From NCBI GenBank assembly GCA_020632335.1, contig JACKFV010000001.1, forward strand, positions 120,001-152,000: a stretch of DNA of 32,000 nucleotides, in the 5' to 3' direction. Origin of the DNA: Candidatus Saccharimonadota bacterium. GTDB taxonomy: Bacteria > Patescibacteriota > Gracilibacteria > UBA4473. The stretch's first letter is position 1. Each line of letters starts with the position of its first letter. A program made the position numbers and the translations under genes. Under the pieces are notes generated by a model. It was not told where the DNA came from. It did no database searches and saw only the letters and a program-made list of their open reading frames with translations. Of this stretch, positions 25,901 through 32,000 are shown in pieces.

Positions 25901-26966
25901 CATCAGCGCCCTACAGAACCCCGCCGCGCTGGGAGCGCTCTCCTCTGCGGTGGAGCAACTCAGCGACGCGGTAGAGAGCCAGCGCCCCGTGGTAGTGGAG
26001 GGAGAGAAAGATCCCTTTGCCACTACGGTGCCGGAGCTGAGCGTGGCCAGTGCCACCATGACGAAGACCAGCATCCCAGACCTGGAGATGCCCATTGCTC
26101 CTGTCCCCACACTGGACCTCACACCCCTCTCAGCCGAGCTGCAAGAGGCCCTCCCCAAGGCACTCACCCAGGCCAATGCTGCGCTGATCCCCTCCATAAC
26201 CAAGGCCAGTAGCACCCCCGCAAGCCAGCAAACCGCGCAGCTAGAAGCCGCTGCTAGCTCCCTCCGAGGACTTTCAGCGAATATAGCTGAGCAATACACC
26301 GCGCTGCAAGAGGAGGTAAACCCGCTGCTGGAGCGCCTCACTGCGTATGATAACGCCCCAGTGGAGCAGCAGCGAAGCCTCCCTGCCCCTACGGAAGAAG
26401 AGCGGGCTGCCGCCACCGCCAAGAAGGAGGAAGCCACCGCGCTGGCCGGCGCCTATGGGCAGGTGGAGAGCACGCTGGAGAAGCTGGAGGATGCCCTACC
26501 AAAGGCTGCCGAGCCTGCTCCCCCAGCGCCAGAAACCCCCGAACACGCCGCGGACATCGCTACCCTGGCGGCGATAAAACCCACCGAAGAGAACCTCCAG
26601 GGTGTACAGAGCCTCCTCCAGGACCTCACCACGCAAGAGGCCGAGAACGCAGCGGCGCTACAGGAGGGCATTGTACAGCTCAACCAGAGCGAGCCCTACA
26701 GCCCCACAGAGGCTGACGCCGCGAAGAACGTAGCGGATCTCACCGCTCAGCAGGAGGAAAACCAGGTGCAGCGCGACCTGCTGGAGAAGACGCAGCAGTA
26801 CATGGCCGGCGCCATAACGGGTAAGGAATTCGAGCAGATATTCGCGCAGGCCGGGGCACAGAGTACGCGCAAGTTGCTAGAGACCCTGCGCAGTGAAGGC
26901 CGCAAAACCCGGAGCAGTACTAAAGATGCCCTCCGAGAGCTGGTGCCTGTGGAGCGTAATGTATAA
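22917..26966 (+). CDS. giant hypothetical protein (1349 aa): N-terminal polytopic membrane domain plus a long coiled-coil / low-complexity tail of about 950 aa
   Basis: Signal/anchor MYRFLRRHLPALCVLVLTVGVGATAFA|TSDE and about 7 further hydrophobic helices up to about aa 395. A hydrophilic loop carries C181, C188, C200 and C216. The remainder is A/Q/E/T/L-rich and I see no Cys or Trp in it. Codon usage is host-like. No catalytic motif recognised. Confidence 0.85.
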   Translation: MYRFLRRHLPALCVLVLTVGVGATAFATSDESLLNFSSITSVILDILVLLYLKTTEVNDLLIGSHLVLGEEAYAAMRPLWVNARNIVNVLTLGYMTYLGMDNIIRGIQGKKFGRYHLKQMVPKAMFGLVAANFTLLGMELMINTIDLGYRAVVSIGVESWESQFPRNMIGEVKVDTTGEECFTDSPTCKTLEKWFNELYCPIDSGSGNTQTPSDDCFFKIKADQVQEETVDLIPNIFLPWLFTTSNIHSAPLLSQMLSNLNGFARNILYNTLFMLGFTASNLYIMMALVLRVIFLWMFIILSPFFMMDVAMDLGLFIRSTGIMRKFVMFLLVPLKIAFTFTVGFVMMKHMAGYASDFLDHTFIISSVGIHGEQAFSYLWQVMTIALFWYTAVWCFDDRLSERIINSVSAAAQSASNSVSEAYSSQGDTNIDNANVQVNGGGPTLNGSPIGDGSALGFSPLDKLVQGNRSIENILASEQSRELNRFLPTEIGKVMSSLQGEVNRGLISLPEQLEGMANVGDASATQLRSMATTLGQLQPELYDGRKQSRKEPVKPQEYLVQQRLLEGASGTLERTADRLEALQKAYEQPPTATDTLTPERYQQQKEEIMTQFRKEMLVYQARSEQAPEGVQRVRVEQSPAEAREKMLTAMPVPFEDRELTKAITELREQQSATGQVITTAEQSASTAMADTKKSLTEKHDVLQASMAKLARHYEALEEKEAAVQKVLQSLQAEIAGLESLPTAEHTERHESTLQELREKERYIKETVLERSSATSITTDKAVLEAMMQQLQAQNALLQRQADARTGAVTPVPTPPQQQDVTTQQVTITGAPVAISSPSTVTTATQNPEVRAALEAATTALVEAKEAFIAPLTPPTPAEETTEPVTAVVLNQPAVSDTHAAVQTAITSSEQHIAEAKNAVQAVTERTDMTAVESRLSGIREQLEAEQAQLEEILTALEQEKITVLERENNDETAPAVVQITQLQQAATAQHERNTQAISALQNPAALGALSSAVEQLSDAVESQRPVVVEGEKDPFATTVPELSVASATMTKTSIPDLEMPIAPVPTLDLTPLSAELQEALPKALTQANAALIPSITKASSTPASQQTAQLEAAASSLRGLSANIAEQYTALQEEVNPLLERLTAYDNAPVEQQRSLPAPTEEERAAATAKKEEATALAGAYGQVESTLEKLEDALPKAAEPAPPAPETPEHAADIATLAAIKPTEENLQGVQSLLQDLTTQEAENAAALQEGIVQLNQSEPYSPTEADAAKNVADLTAQQEENQVQRDLLEKTQQYMAGAITGKEFEQIFAQAGAQSTRKLLETLRSEGRKTRSSTKDALRELVPVERNV

Positions 26967-26976
26967 GGCTCTCGGC

Positions 26977-27005
26977 TTGCCAATAGCCAGTCTCCCCGGT
27001 AATAT
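26977..27005 (+). promoter_or_regulatory. candidate leaderless promoter for the 471-aa gene (TTGCCA-17-TAATAT-6-ATG)
   Basis: TTGCCA atagccagtctccccgg TAATAT gccagc ATG (27012), starting 11 nt after the stop of the giant gene. Confidence 0.5.
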
Positions 27006-27011
27006 GCCAGC

Positions 27012-28427
27012 ATGCAGTACCTGTGGCGCTGTCATCGCTCTGGCTCCCGGCGGAGTATTGCCCGGCGACGACGGCTGGAGGACCTGACCGACCACGAGAA
27101 GGAGTCGTTGGGCCTGGATATGCTGGAGCAGGAGACCTTTGCCCATGAGGGGCGCACGCTCTCGCTGGACACCTGCATCGAGGACCTGGCGCTCCTCATA
27201 CCGGAGGAAACCACGCCCCTGGGGCAGCATGATGAGCTCTATCAGTGGGGGGATAATGAGGAGGTGCGGGCGCTCTTCACGGCGGTGGCGCTGCACATAG
27301 AGGCGGCTCCGATTAGCCCCCTGCGCGAGCAGATTATGCAGATTCTCCAGCGGCTGGAGTCCCGCTCGGGTTACCCGCGGTCACTGGCGCTGAGGGCCTC
27401 TGACCTGCAGCAACTGCTTGACCACCTCCGAGAAATACAAAGGACGAGCACCTCTCTAGACAGAAAAAGCCAGCTGGCTCGGGAGCTCCTAGGCCACCGA
27501 TGGGAGAGCACGGGGCCAGGGGCATTCTATAATACCCTGCCGAATCAGAGAAGCGCTCTGCGGCATATTGCGGCCAAGGCCAGTGCGCAGCTCTTTAATA
27601 TGGATCCGCAGCCACCCCCCACAGAGCTCCTCCCTCCTCCGACAGGGGATATCACCTCGCTGGTCACCCAGCTCCTCGCGCTGTACGACCGCATAGAAGA
27701 CATCATTGCGGCTATTTTTCACTTTGGTCAGGCCGATACGCAGCTGCAGCATGCTGTATGGCATCGTATAGAGCAGCTCCTCTCTGCACCAGACCACCAG
27801 GCAGTAACGTCTGAAAAGTGGCTCCTGCAGGATATACTCCCCCCCCTGATGGGCACCGACCATCCCCTGCTCCGTGCAGCAGGTTCCAGTACAAGCCCCT
27901 GGACTCTCGGCGCCCTGATAGCCGGCACACAGACCTCCACCAATGCGGGACAGCTCTTGGTCACCGAAGGGAGCCTCCCCGGGTATCAGGCCTGGTGTTA
28001 TGCCCGAGAGAATCCTGTACCGCATGCGCTGCAGGGGTGCCACCTGGTCTGGGCAGCCGGTACACTCTTGTATCCGCAGATACCGTATCTCTTTGGCATA
28101 GCACTCCCCAAAGCAAGCCCCCACACACACCACAGCCTCGATGGCCTCGTGCACCTGCTGCTCACCCACACAGCAGAAGAGGAATATGCGCTTCTCTCTT
28201 TCTCTACCGGTATGAGCGTAGACCATGCCCTCCTCCACATACAACCATCGGAGCAAACTCTTACCGTCATCACTCCTGCTGCGGAGGGGCAGCTGCATAA
28301 GGAGCTCTTTGTACCGTGGGCTGCACTCCTGGCAATGGAAGTACCCCTCACGCTCCAGATAGCACGATGGCACCCTGATGTACTCGAGACCATTCCCCAA
28401 GATCAGAACGGGGTACTACCTTCTTGA
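27012..28427 (+). CDS. hypothetical soluble protein (471 aa), no recognisable domain
   Basis: Long ORF with host-like codon usage (G/C-ending codons plus the frequent ATA seen in recA and elsewhere). It has promoter support at the ATG. The N-terminus is basic (RCHRSGSRRSIARRRR) and is followed by an acidic segment. No TM helices. The 303-aa ORF on the opposite strand is Cys/Arg-rich and looks like a shadow. Confidence 0.7.
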   Translation: MQYLWRCHRSGSRRSIARRRRLEDLTDHEKESLGLDMLEQETFAHEGRTLSLDTCIEDLALLIPEETTPLGQHDELYQWGDNEEVRALFTAVALHIEAAPISPLREQIMQILQRLESRSGYPRSLALRASDLQQLLDHLREIQRTSTSLDRKSQLARELLGHRWESTGPGAFYNTLPNQRSALRHIAAKASAQLFNMDPQPPPTELLPPPTGDITSLVTQLLALYDRIEDIIAAIFHFGQADTQLQHAVWHRIEQLLSAPDHQAVTSEKWLLQDILPPLMGTDHPLLRAAGSSTSPWTLGALIAGTQTSTNAGQLLVTEGSLPGYQAWCYARENPVPHALQGCHLVWAAGTLLYPQIPYLFGIALPKASPHTHHSLDGLVHLLLTHTAEEEYALLSFSTGMSVDHALLHIQPSEQTLTVITPAAEGQLHKELFVPWAALLAMEVPLTLQIARWHPDVLETIPQDQNGVLPS

Positions 28428-28481
28428 CGCCTTCTATAGAACGCTCCAAAATTCCTCTACAGTTGTTTTAGTCCAAGGATT

Positions 28482-28817
28482 TTATGAAATTGTTTCAAAA
28501 TCCTCCAATGGATATACATCAAAAGCAACCTCTTCATAAGGGTGTGTTTCCTTCATCTTTGACACAACTTCTCTTAGAATCTTTCTCTCTACTACGACTT
28601 CTATTCTCTCCTCTTCTACTGTTTCCTGTTTGCCAGATTCACCAATATTTGGAGTAGAGCATTCATTACCACGGAAACGTCCAAAGCCTCTTGACGAAAA
28701 CGAGCAAAAATCATAATGGCCTATAACCCCTGCTCCGGCGTCACCGAGAGCTTCTCTCACTAGGTCGGCATAAGGAACAGGAGTGAAAACGACAAGTTTA
28801 ACTCTAGAAGAAAGCAT
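28482..28817 (-). CDS. COG3323 / NIF3(YqfO)-insert-like PII-fold protein (111 aa), low-GC gene
   Basis: KLVVFTPVPYADLVREALGDAGAGVIGHYDFCSF...GRFRGNE...PNIGESGK...EERIEVVV...ETHPYEEVAFDVYPLE matches, from memory, the pattern of stand-alone YqfO-insert homologues. The start was trimmed from 28877 to the ATG at 28817 because the extension is merely the translated tRNA-Pro. Lines 28482-28541 and 28561-28620 count 32% and 38% GC. Confidence 0.75.
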   Translation of the reverse strand: MLSSRVKLVVFTPVPYADLVREALGDAGAGVIGHYDFCSFSSRGFGRFRGNECSTPNIGESGKQETVEEERIEVVVERKILREVVSKMKETHPYEEVAFDVYPLEDFETIS

Positions 28818-28828
28818 ATTGAATATCT

Positions 28829-28905
28829 TGGTCGGGGTAGCAGGACTCGAACCTGCGGCCTCATGCTCCCAAAGCATGCACTCTAGCCAACTGAGCTATA
28901 CCCCG
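28829..28905 (-). tRNA. tRNA-Pro, anticodon TGG, 3'-CCA encoded
   Basis: Hand-folded from the reverse complement: CGGGGTA TA GCTC AGTTGGCTA GAGT G CATGC TTTGGGA GCATG AGGCC GCAGG TTCGAGT CCTGC TACCCCG A CCA. Confidence 0.92.
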
Positions 28906-29007
28906 ATCCTCGGCGACTCTAGGGTGAATTTGCTCCCCGTCAACCCCTCTCCCACTAAATACCCAAAACACACCAGCCCCAGAGACAGGTATGACAGCAG
29001 ATGATTC

Positions 29008-29084
29008 TGGTGGGCGATGAGGGATTCGAACCCGCGACCTCCTCGGTGTAAACGAGATGCTCTAGCCAGCTGAGCTAATCGCCC
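29008..29084 (-). tRNA. tRNA-Val, anticodon TAC, 3'-CCA encoded
   Basis: Hand-folded from the reverse complement: GGGCGAT TA GCTC AGCTGGCTA GAGC A TCTCG TTTACAC CGAGG AGGTC GCGGG TTCGAAT CCCTC ATCGCCC A CCA. There is one C-U mismatch in the T stem and one U-G pair in the anticodon stem. Confidence 0.88.
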
Positions 29085-29113
29085 GGAGTGTAAAGTGCGC
29101 CACGCGCCCCCCA

Positions 29114-29142
29114 CTTATAGCCAGACGCAGCCCCCCTGGCAA
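29114..29142 (-). promoter_or_regulatory. candidate promoter for the tRNA-Val/tRNA-Pro unit (TTGCCA-17-TATAAG)
   Basis: The minus strand reads gtataaaaaagat TTGCCA ggggggctgcgtctggc TATAAG, with an A-rich UP-like stretch upstream. The -10 element ends 29 nt before the tRNA-Val 5' end. Confidence 0.5.
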
Positions 29143-29171
29143 ATCTTTTTTATACGTCCTGCGGAGAGACG

Positions 29172-29199
29172 TTGACACGCTCCCGGGGCGCTCTACACT
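29172..29199 (+). promoter_or_regulatory. candidate promoter for tsf (TTGACA-16-TACACT)
   Basis: TTGACA cgctcccggggcgctc TACACT, 22 nt before the ATG at 29222. It is divergent from the tRNA promoter. Confidence 0.5.
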
Positions 29200-29221
29200 G
29201 CGGACATCTAATGATACCCGT

Positions 29222-29986
29222 ATGACGACAATAACGGCTGCTGACGTAAAGGCGCTCCGAGAACGTACCGGAGCCGGAATGCTGGAGAGCAAGAACGCTC
29301 TGGAGGCCTCGAATGGAGACATCGACGGCGCGATCGACTACCTCCGCAAGAAGGGCCTGAAGCAAGCCGCCAAGAAAGCCGACCGCGCGACGCATGAGGG
29401 GGCGGTAGCCATCAGTGGCCGTGGGATAGTGGGGGTGGCGTGCGAGACGGACTTTGTGGGGCGTAACGAGCAGTTTATTGCCTTTGTGACCGCTCTTGCC
29501 GCGAAGGCAGACACTGAGGGAGCCGGCAGCGTAGCGCCGTATTTTGAGTCCGTGAAGGGTGACAAAGTGCTAGAAATGGGCGAGAATATGCAACTCATCA
29601 GTGCGGCGCGGCTGGAGGGCGGCTCTACCGTGGCCGGCTATGTGCACACCAATGGGAAGGTGGCGGCGCTAGTGGCGCTGAGCGGCGGGACGCAGGAGCA
29701 CGCCAGAGACCTGGCCATGCACGTGGTAGCGATGAATCCGCTGGTGGCCAACCCCGAGGACGTGAGCGCTGAGCTCATTGCCAAGGAGAAGGAAATCTGG
29801 GCCGAGCAGCTGAAAAACGAGGGCAAGCCGGAGCATATCATCGCGGGGATACTGCAGGGCAAAGAGCAGAAGTTCGCCGCGGAGCAGGCGCTCAGCTGCC
29901 AGAAATTTGTGAAGGACCCCTCCCTTACCGTGCAGGAGTACCTGGGGGACGCCGCGCTCGTCAGTTTCATCCGCGTGGCGGTATAA
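29222..29986 (+). CDS. tsf: translation elongation factor Ts
   Basis: 254 aa. N-terminal UBA-like block ITAADVKALRERTGAGMLESKNALEASNGDIDGAIDYLRKKG, then the EF-Ts dimerisation core. Confidence 0.93.
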   Translation: MTTITAADVKALRERTGAGMLESKNALEASNGDIDGAIDYLRKKGLKQAAKKADRATHEGAVAISGRGIVGVACETDFVGRNEQFIAFVTALAAKADTEGAGSVAPYFESVKGDKVLEMGENMQLISAARLEGGSTVAGYVHTNGKVAALVALSGGTQEHARDLAMHVVAMNPLVANPEDVSAELIAKEKEIWAEQLKNEGKPEHIIAGILQGKEQKFAAEQALSCQKFVKDPSLTVQEYLGDAALVSFIRVAV

Positions 29987-30004
29987 CCAGTCATATAACC
30001 ACAC

Positions 30005-30523
30005 ATGAGTATTCTCTTGGGAATCATCAGCGACATCCATGACCACCGGTCGCATCTGCAGGCAGTCCTCGCAGATGCGGCCGCTCGTGATGTGGAGCAT
30101 TTGCTCTGCCTGGGGGACATGGGAGCCCCAAAAATACTCTTGATGTGTATAGCTTCTCGTATCCCCTGCACAGCTATCTATGGAAATAACGATGCCGAGA
30201 AACATAAAATGGCCCTTGTGGCTCACGAGTCTGAGGGGGCATTTACCCTCATGAATAACACCTACGGTGTGGTGACCATGGGCGGCAGGACGCTCTGTAT
30301 GATCCACCACCCCACGCTGGCGCTGTCTCTGGCGCGGTCGGGCGACTACGACGCGGTGTTCTATGGGCATAACCATACCCTGCACCAGGAGTACGTCGGT
30401 GACTGCCTGGTGTGTAACCCCGGGGAGATCTGTGGCTACAGCACCGGCACGGTGAGCTACGCCATCTACGACACCGCGAGTAATACCGCAGAGAGCATCA
30501 CGCTCTCCTCGTACTCTCTATAG
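30005..30523 (+). CDS. YfcE/MJ0936-family metallophosphoesterase
   Basis: 172 aa with the motif series ISDIHD, LGDMG, GNNDAE, IHHP, GHNHT. It lies 18 nt after tsf and is probably co-transcribed. Confidence 0.8.
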   Translation: MSILLGIISDIHDHRSHLQAVLADAAARDVEHLLCLGDMGAPKILLMCIASRIPCTAIYGNNDAEKHKMALVAHESEGAFTLMNNTYGVVTMGGRTLCMIHHPTLALSLARSGDYDAVFYGHNHTLHQEYVGDCLVCNPGEICGYSTGTVSYAIYDTASNTAESITLSSYSL

Positions 30524-30536
30524 TGCTCCCATAGCG

Positions 30537-30588
30537 CTCCCCCGGCTGCGCGTACTCGCACGCCAGGGGAGGTCTCCTCTTGTGTCTC
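30537..30588 (+). terminator. imperfect long hairpin between convergent yfcE-like and pnp
   Basis: CTCCCC...GGGGAG outer stem (30537-30571) with imperfect inner pairing, followed by the U/C-rich GTCTCCTCTTGTGTCTCTT. Not a canonical terminator. Confidence 0.25.
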
Positions 30589-32000
30589 TTAGCCCTGTGG
30601 TATGCCCTTCATCGTCAGGCGCATGCGGCCTTTGGGGTCATGGCCTTTGTACTTCACGTTGACTTTTTGGCCCTCGTGCAGGTAGTCGCGCACGTTCTCC
30701 ACCCGCTCGTCGGCTATCTCTGAGATGTGCAGCATGGCGTCCTTACCTGGTGCATACTCCACAAAGGCCCCAAACTCCAGTATGGTCTTCACCGTTGCGC
30801 CCATGAAGAGATCGCCGACTTCTGGCTCCCACACTATCTGGCGGATGGCTGCCTCGGCCTTGCGGGCGTTCTCCCCATTGGTGCTGGTGATCATCACCAG
30901 CCCGTCGTCCTCAATGTCGATAGTCACCTCATAGTCGGCGCACAGCCCCTGGATCGTCTCGCCTCCCTTACCGATGACCGCACCGATGTCCTCTGGCTTG
31001 ATGTAGAAGCTGGTGATGCGCGGCGCGTACGGGCTCATCTCCTTGCGCGGCCCAGGGATGACCGAGAGCATATGCTCCAGGATGTGCGCCCGGGCTTTCT
31101 CCGCCGCCTGGAAGGCCTCCTCCAGCACGCTCATGGGCAGGCCCTTGACCTTCATATCCATCTGCAGTGCGGTGATGGTGTTCTTCGTCCCCACGACTTT
31201 AAAGTCCATATCACCGTCAAAATCCTCGAAACTCTGGATGTCTGTGAGGATGCGGTACTGCCCGTCGCTATTCATCATCAGGCCCATGGCCACCCCGCTG
31301 ATGGGGGCTTTGATCGGTACCCCGGCGTCCATCAGCGCGAGGGTCTGGCCGCACACTGCCGCCATAGAGGTACTCCCATTCCCCGCGAGGATCTCGGTGG
31401 TGGTGCGCACGGTGTAGGGGAAGTTGTCTTCTTTCGTCGGCATGACAGCGGTAAGACCACGCTCCCCCAGGGCTCCGTGGCCTATCTCACGCCGCTTGGA
31501 TGGCCCCAGGCGCCCCACCTCTCCCACGCTATATGGCGGGAAGTTATAGTGGTGGAAGAACTGCTTGTGGTGCTCGGGTCGGTGCGCATCGTCGAGGTAC
31601 TGCTTGTCGCCCGGGCCACCGATGGTAACGGTCGTCAGCGCCTGGGTCTCTCCGCGAGTGAAGAGCCCGGTGCCGTGCACCCGTGATAGCAGATGTACCT
31701 CGCTGTGGAGGGGGCGTACTTCATCGCACGCGCGGTCATCTATCCGCTTGCCGTCGGTGAAGATCCGCTCGCGCATGGCCGCCGCAAAGCCCTTATCCAG
31801 ATAGTAGAGCAGATCTCCCTTTGTAATGGGGTTCTCGGGGTCGTCTATCTCGGTAGCAAATCGCTCCAGTACCCGCTCCTCCAGCGCATGGATGGCGTCC
31901 TTGATCGCAAATTTTGTACGGCCACGCAGCGCGGCAAAGTCTGCCTTGGTGACGAAGGATTCCACCGCTTTCTTGGCTTCTGGAGTGGGCTTGCTGAGGG
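30589..32000 (-). CDS. pnp: polyribonucleotide nucleotidyltransferase (PNPase), C-terminal about 470 aa; the 5' end lies beyond the right edge
   Basis: Second RNase PH domain (GSTSMAAVCGQTLALMDAGVP), a KH domain (IGKGGETIQGL) and an S1 domain (GDLFMGATVKTILEFGAFVEYAPGKDAMLHISEI). The M at 31965 in the ORF track is a GTG. The frame stays open to position 32000, and about 230 N-terminal residues expected of PNPase are missing. Confidence 0.95.
   Translation of the reverse strand, partial: LSKPTPEAKKAVESFVTKADFAALRGRTKFAIKDAIHALEERVLERFATEIDDPENPITKGDLLYYLDKGFAAAMRERIFTDGKRIDDRACDEVRPLHSEVHLLSRVHGTGLFTRGETQALTTVTIGGPGDKQYLDDAHRPEHHKQFFHHYNFPPYSVGEVGRLGPSKRREIGHGALGERGLTAVMPTKEDNFPYTVRTTTEILAGNGSTSMAAVCGQTLALMDAGVPIKAPISGVAMGLMMNSDGQYRILTDIQSFEDFDGDMDFKVVGTKNTITALQMDMKVKGLPMSVLEEAFQAAEKARAHILEHMLSVIPGPRKEMSPYAPRITSFYIKPEDIGAVIGKGGETIQGLCADYEVTIDIEDDGLVMITSTNGENARKAEAAIRQIVWEPEVGDLFMGATVKTILEFGAFVEYAPGKDAMLHISEIADERVENVRDYLHEGQKVNVKYKGHDPKGRMRLTMKGIPQG

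Noticed and set aside
28818-28877. N-terminal extension of the COG3323-like ORF (MLWEHEAAGSSPATPTKIFN)
   Set aside because: This stretch is simply the translation of tRNA-Pro and the 11-nt spacer. The conserved family sequence begins at the internal ATG (28817).

Overview
Compact, high-GC bacterial chromosomal segment. Hand counts of single 60-nt lines give 55-72% GC in core genes. There is very little non-coding DNA, the genetic code looks standard, and I recognise no rRNA, CRISPR array, transposase or integrase. Content from left to right: partial Clp/Hsp100 N-terminus (-), recA (+), a low-GC secreted hypothetical (-), gyrA (-), dnaB (-), a 4-TM membrane protein (-), pilC, pilO-like and pilN-like (-), rpe (+), rpsO (-), tRNA-Arg(GCG) (-), ftsB/divIC-like (-), Wzy_C/O-antigen-ligase-like (+), RsmB/RsmF-type m5C methyltransferase (-), ABC exporter (+), membrane-anchored alpha/beta hydrolase (-), rpoB (-, not followed by rpoC), cysS (-), a low-GC islet with an 86-aa ORF (-), a 1349-aa membrane-anchored coiled-coil giant (+), a 471-aa orphan (+), a low-GC COG3323/NIF3-insert-like gene (-), tRNA-Pro(TGG) and tRNA-Val(TAC) (-), tsf (+), a YfcE-type phosphoesterase (+), and partial pnp (-). 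The four most interesting observations follow. (i) The 22.9-28.4 kb two-gene module has no recognisable function and is bracketed by low-GC islets and a tRNA pair. (ii) A recurrent geometry, TTGnnn-16/17-TAnnnT-6/7 nt-ATG, implies leaderless mRNAs for at least eight genes, and no Shine-Dalgarno sequences are visible. (iii) Normally linked genes are dispersed (rpoB/rpoC, rpsO/pnp, rpsB/tsf). (iv) There is a G34 tRNA-Arg(GCG). The supplied ORF track uses the longest ATG/GTG/TTG ORFs, so several starts were moved inward. Two edge-truncated genes (clp, pnp) were recovered by hand. The taxon cannot be assigned from this window. All promoter and terminator calls are sequence-pattern inferences only.
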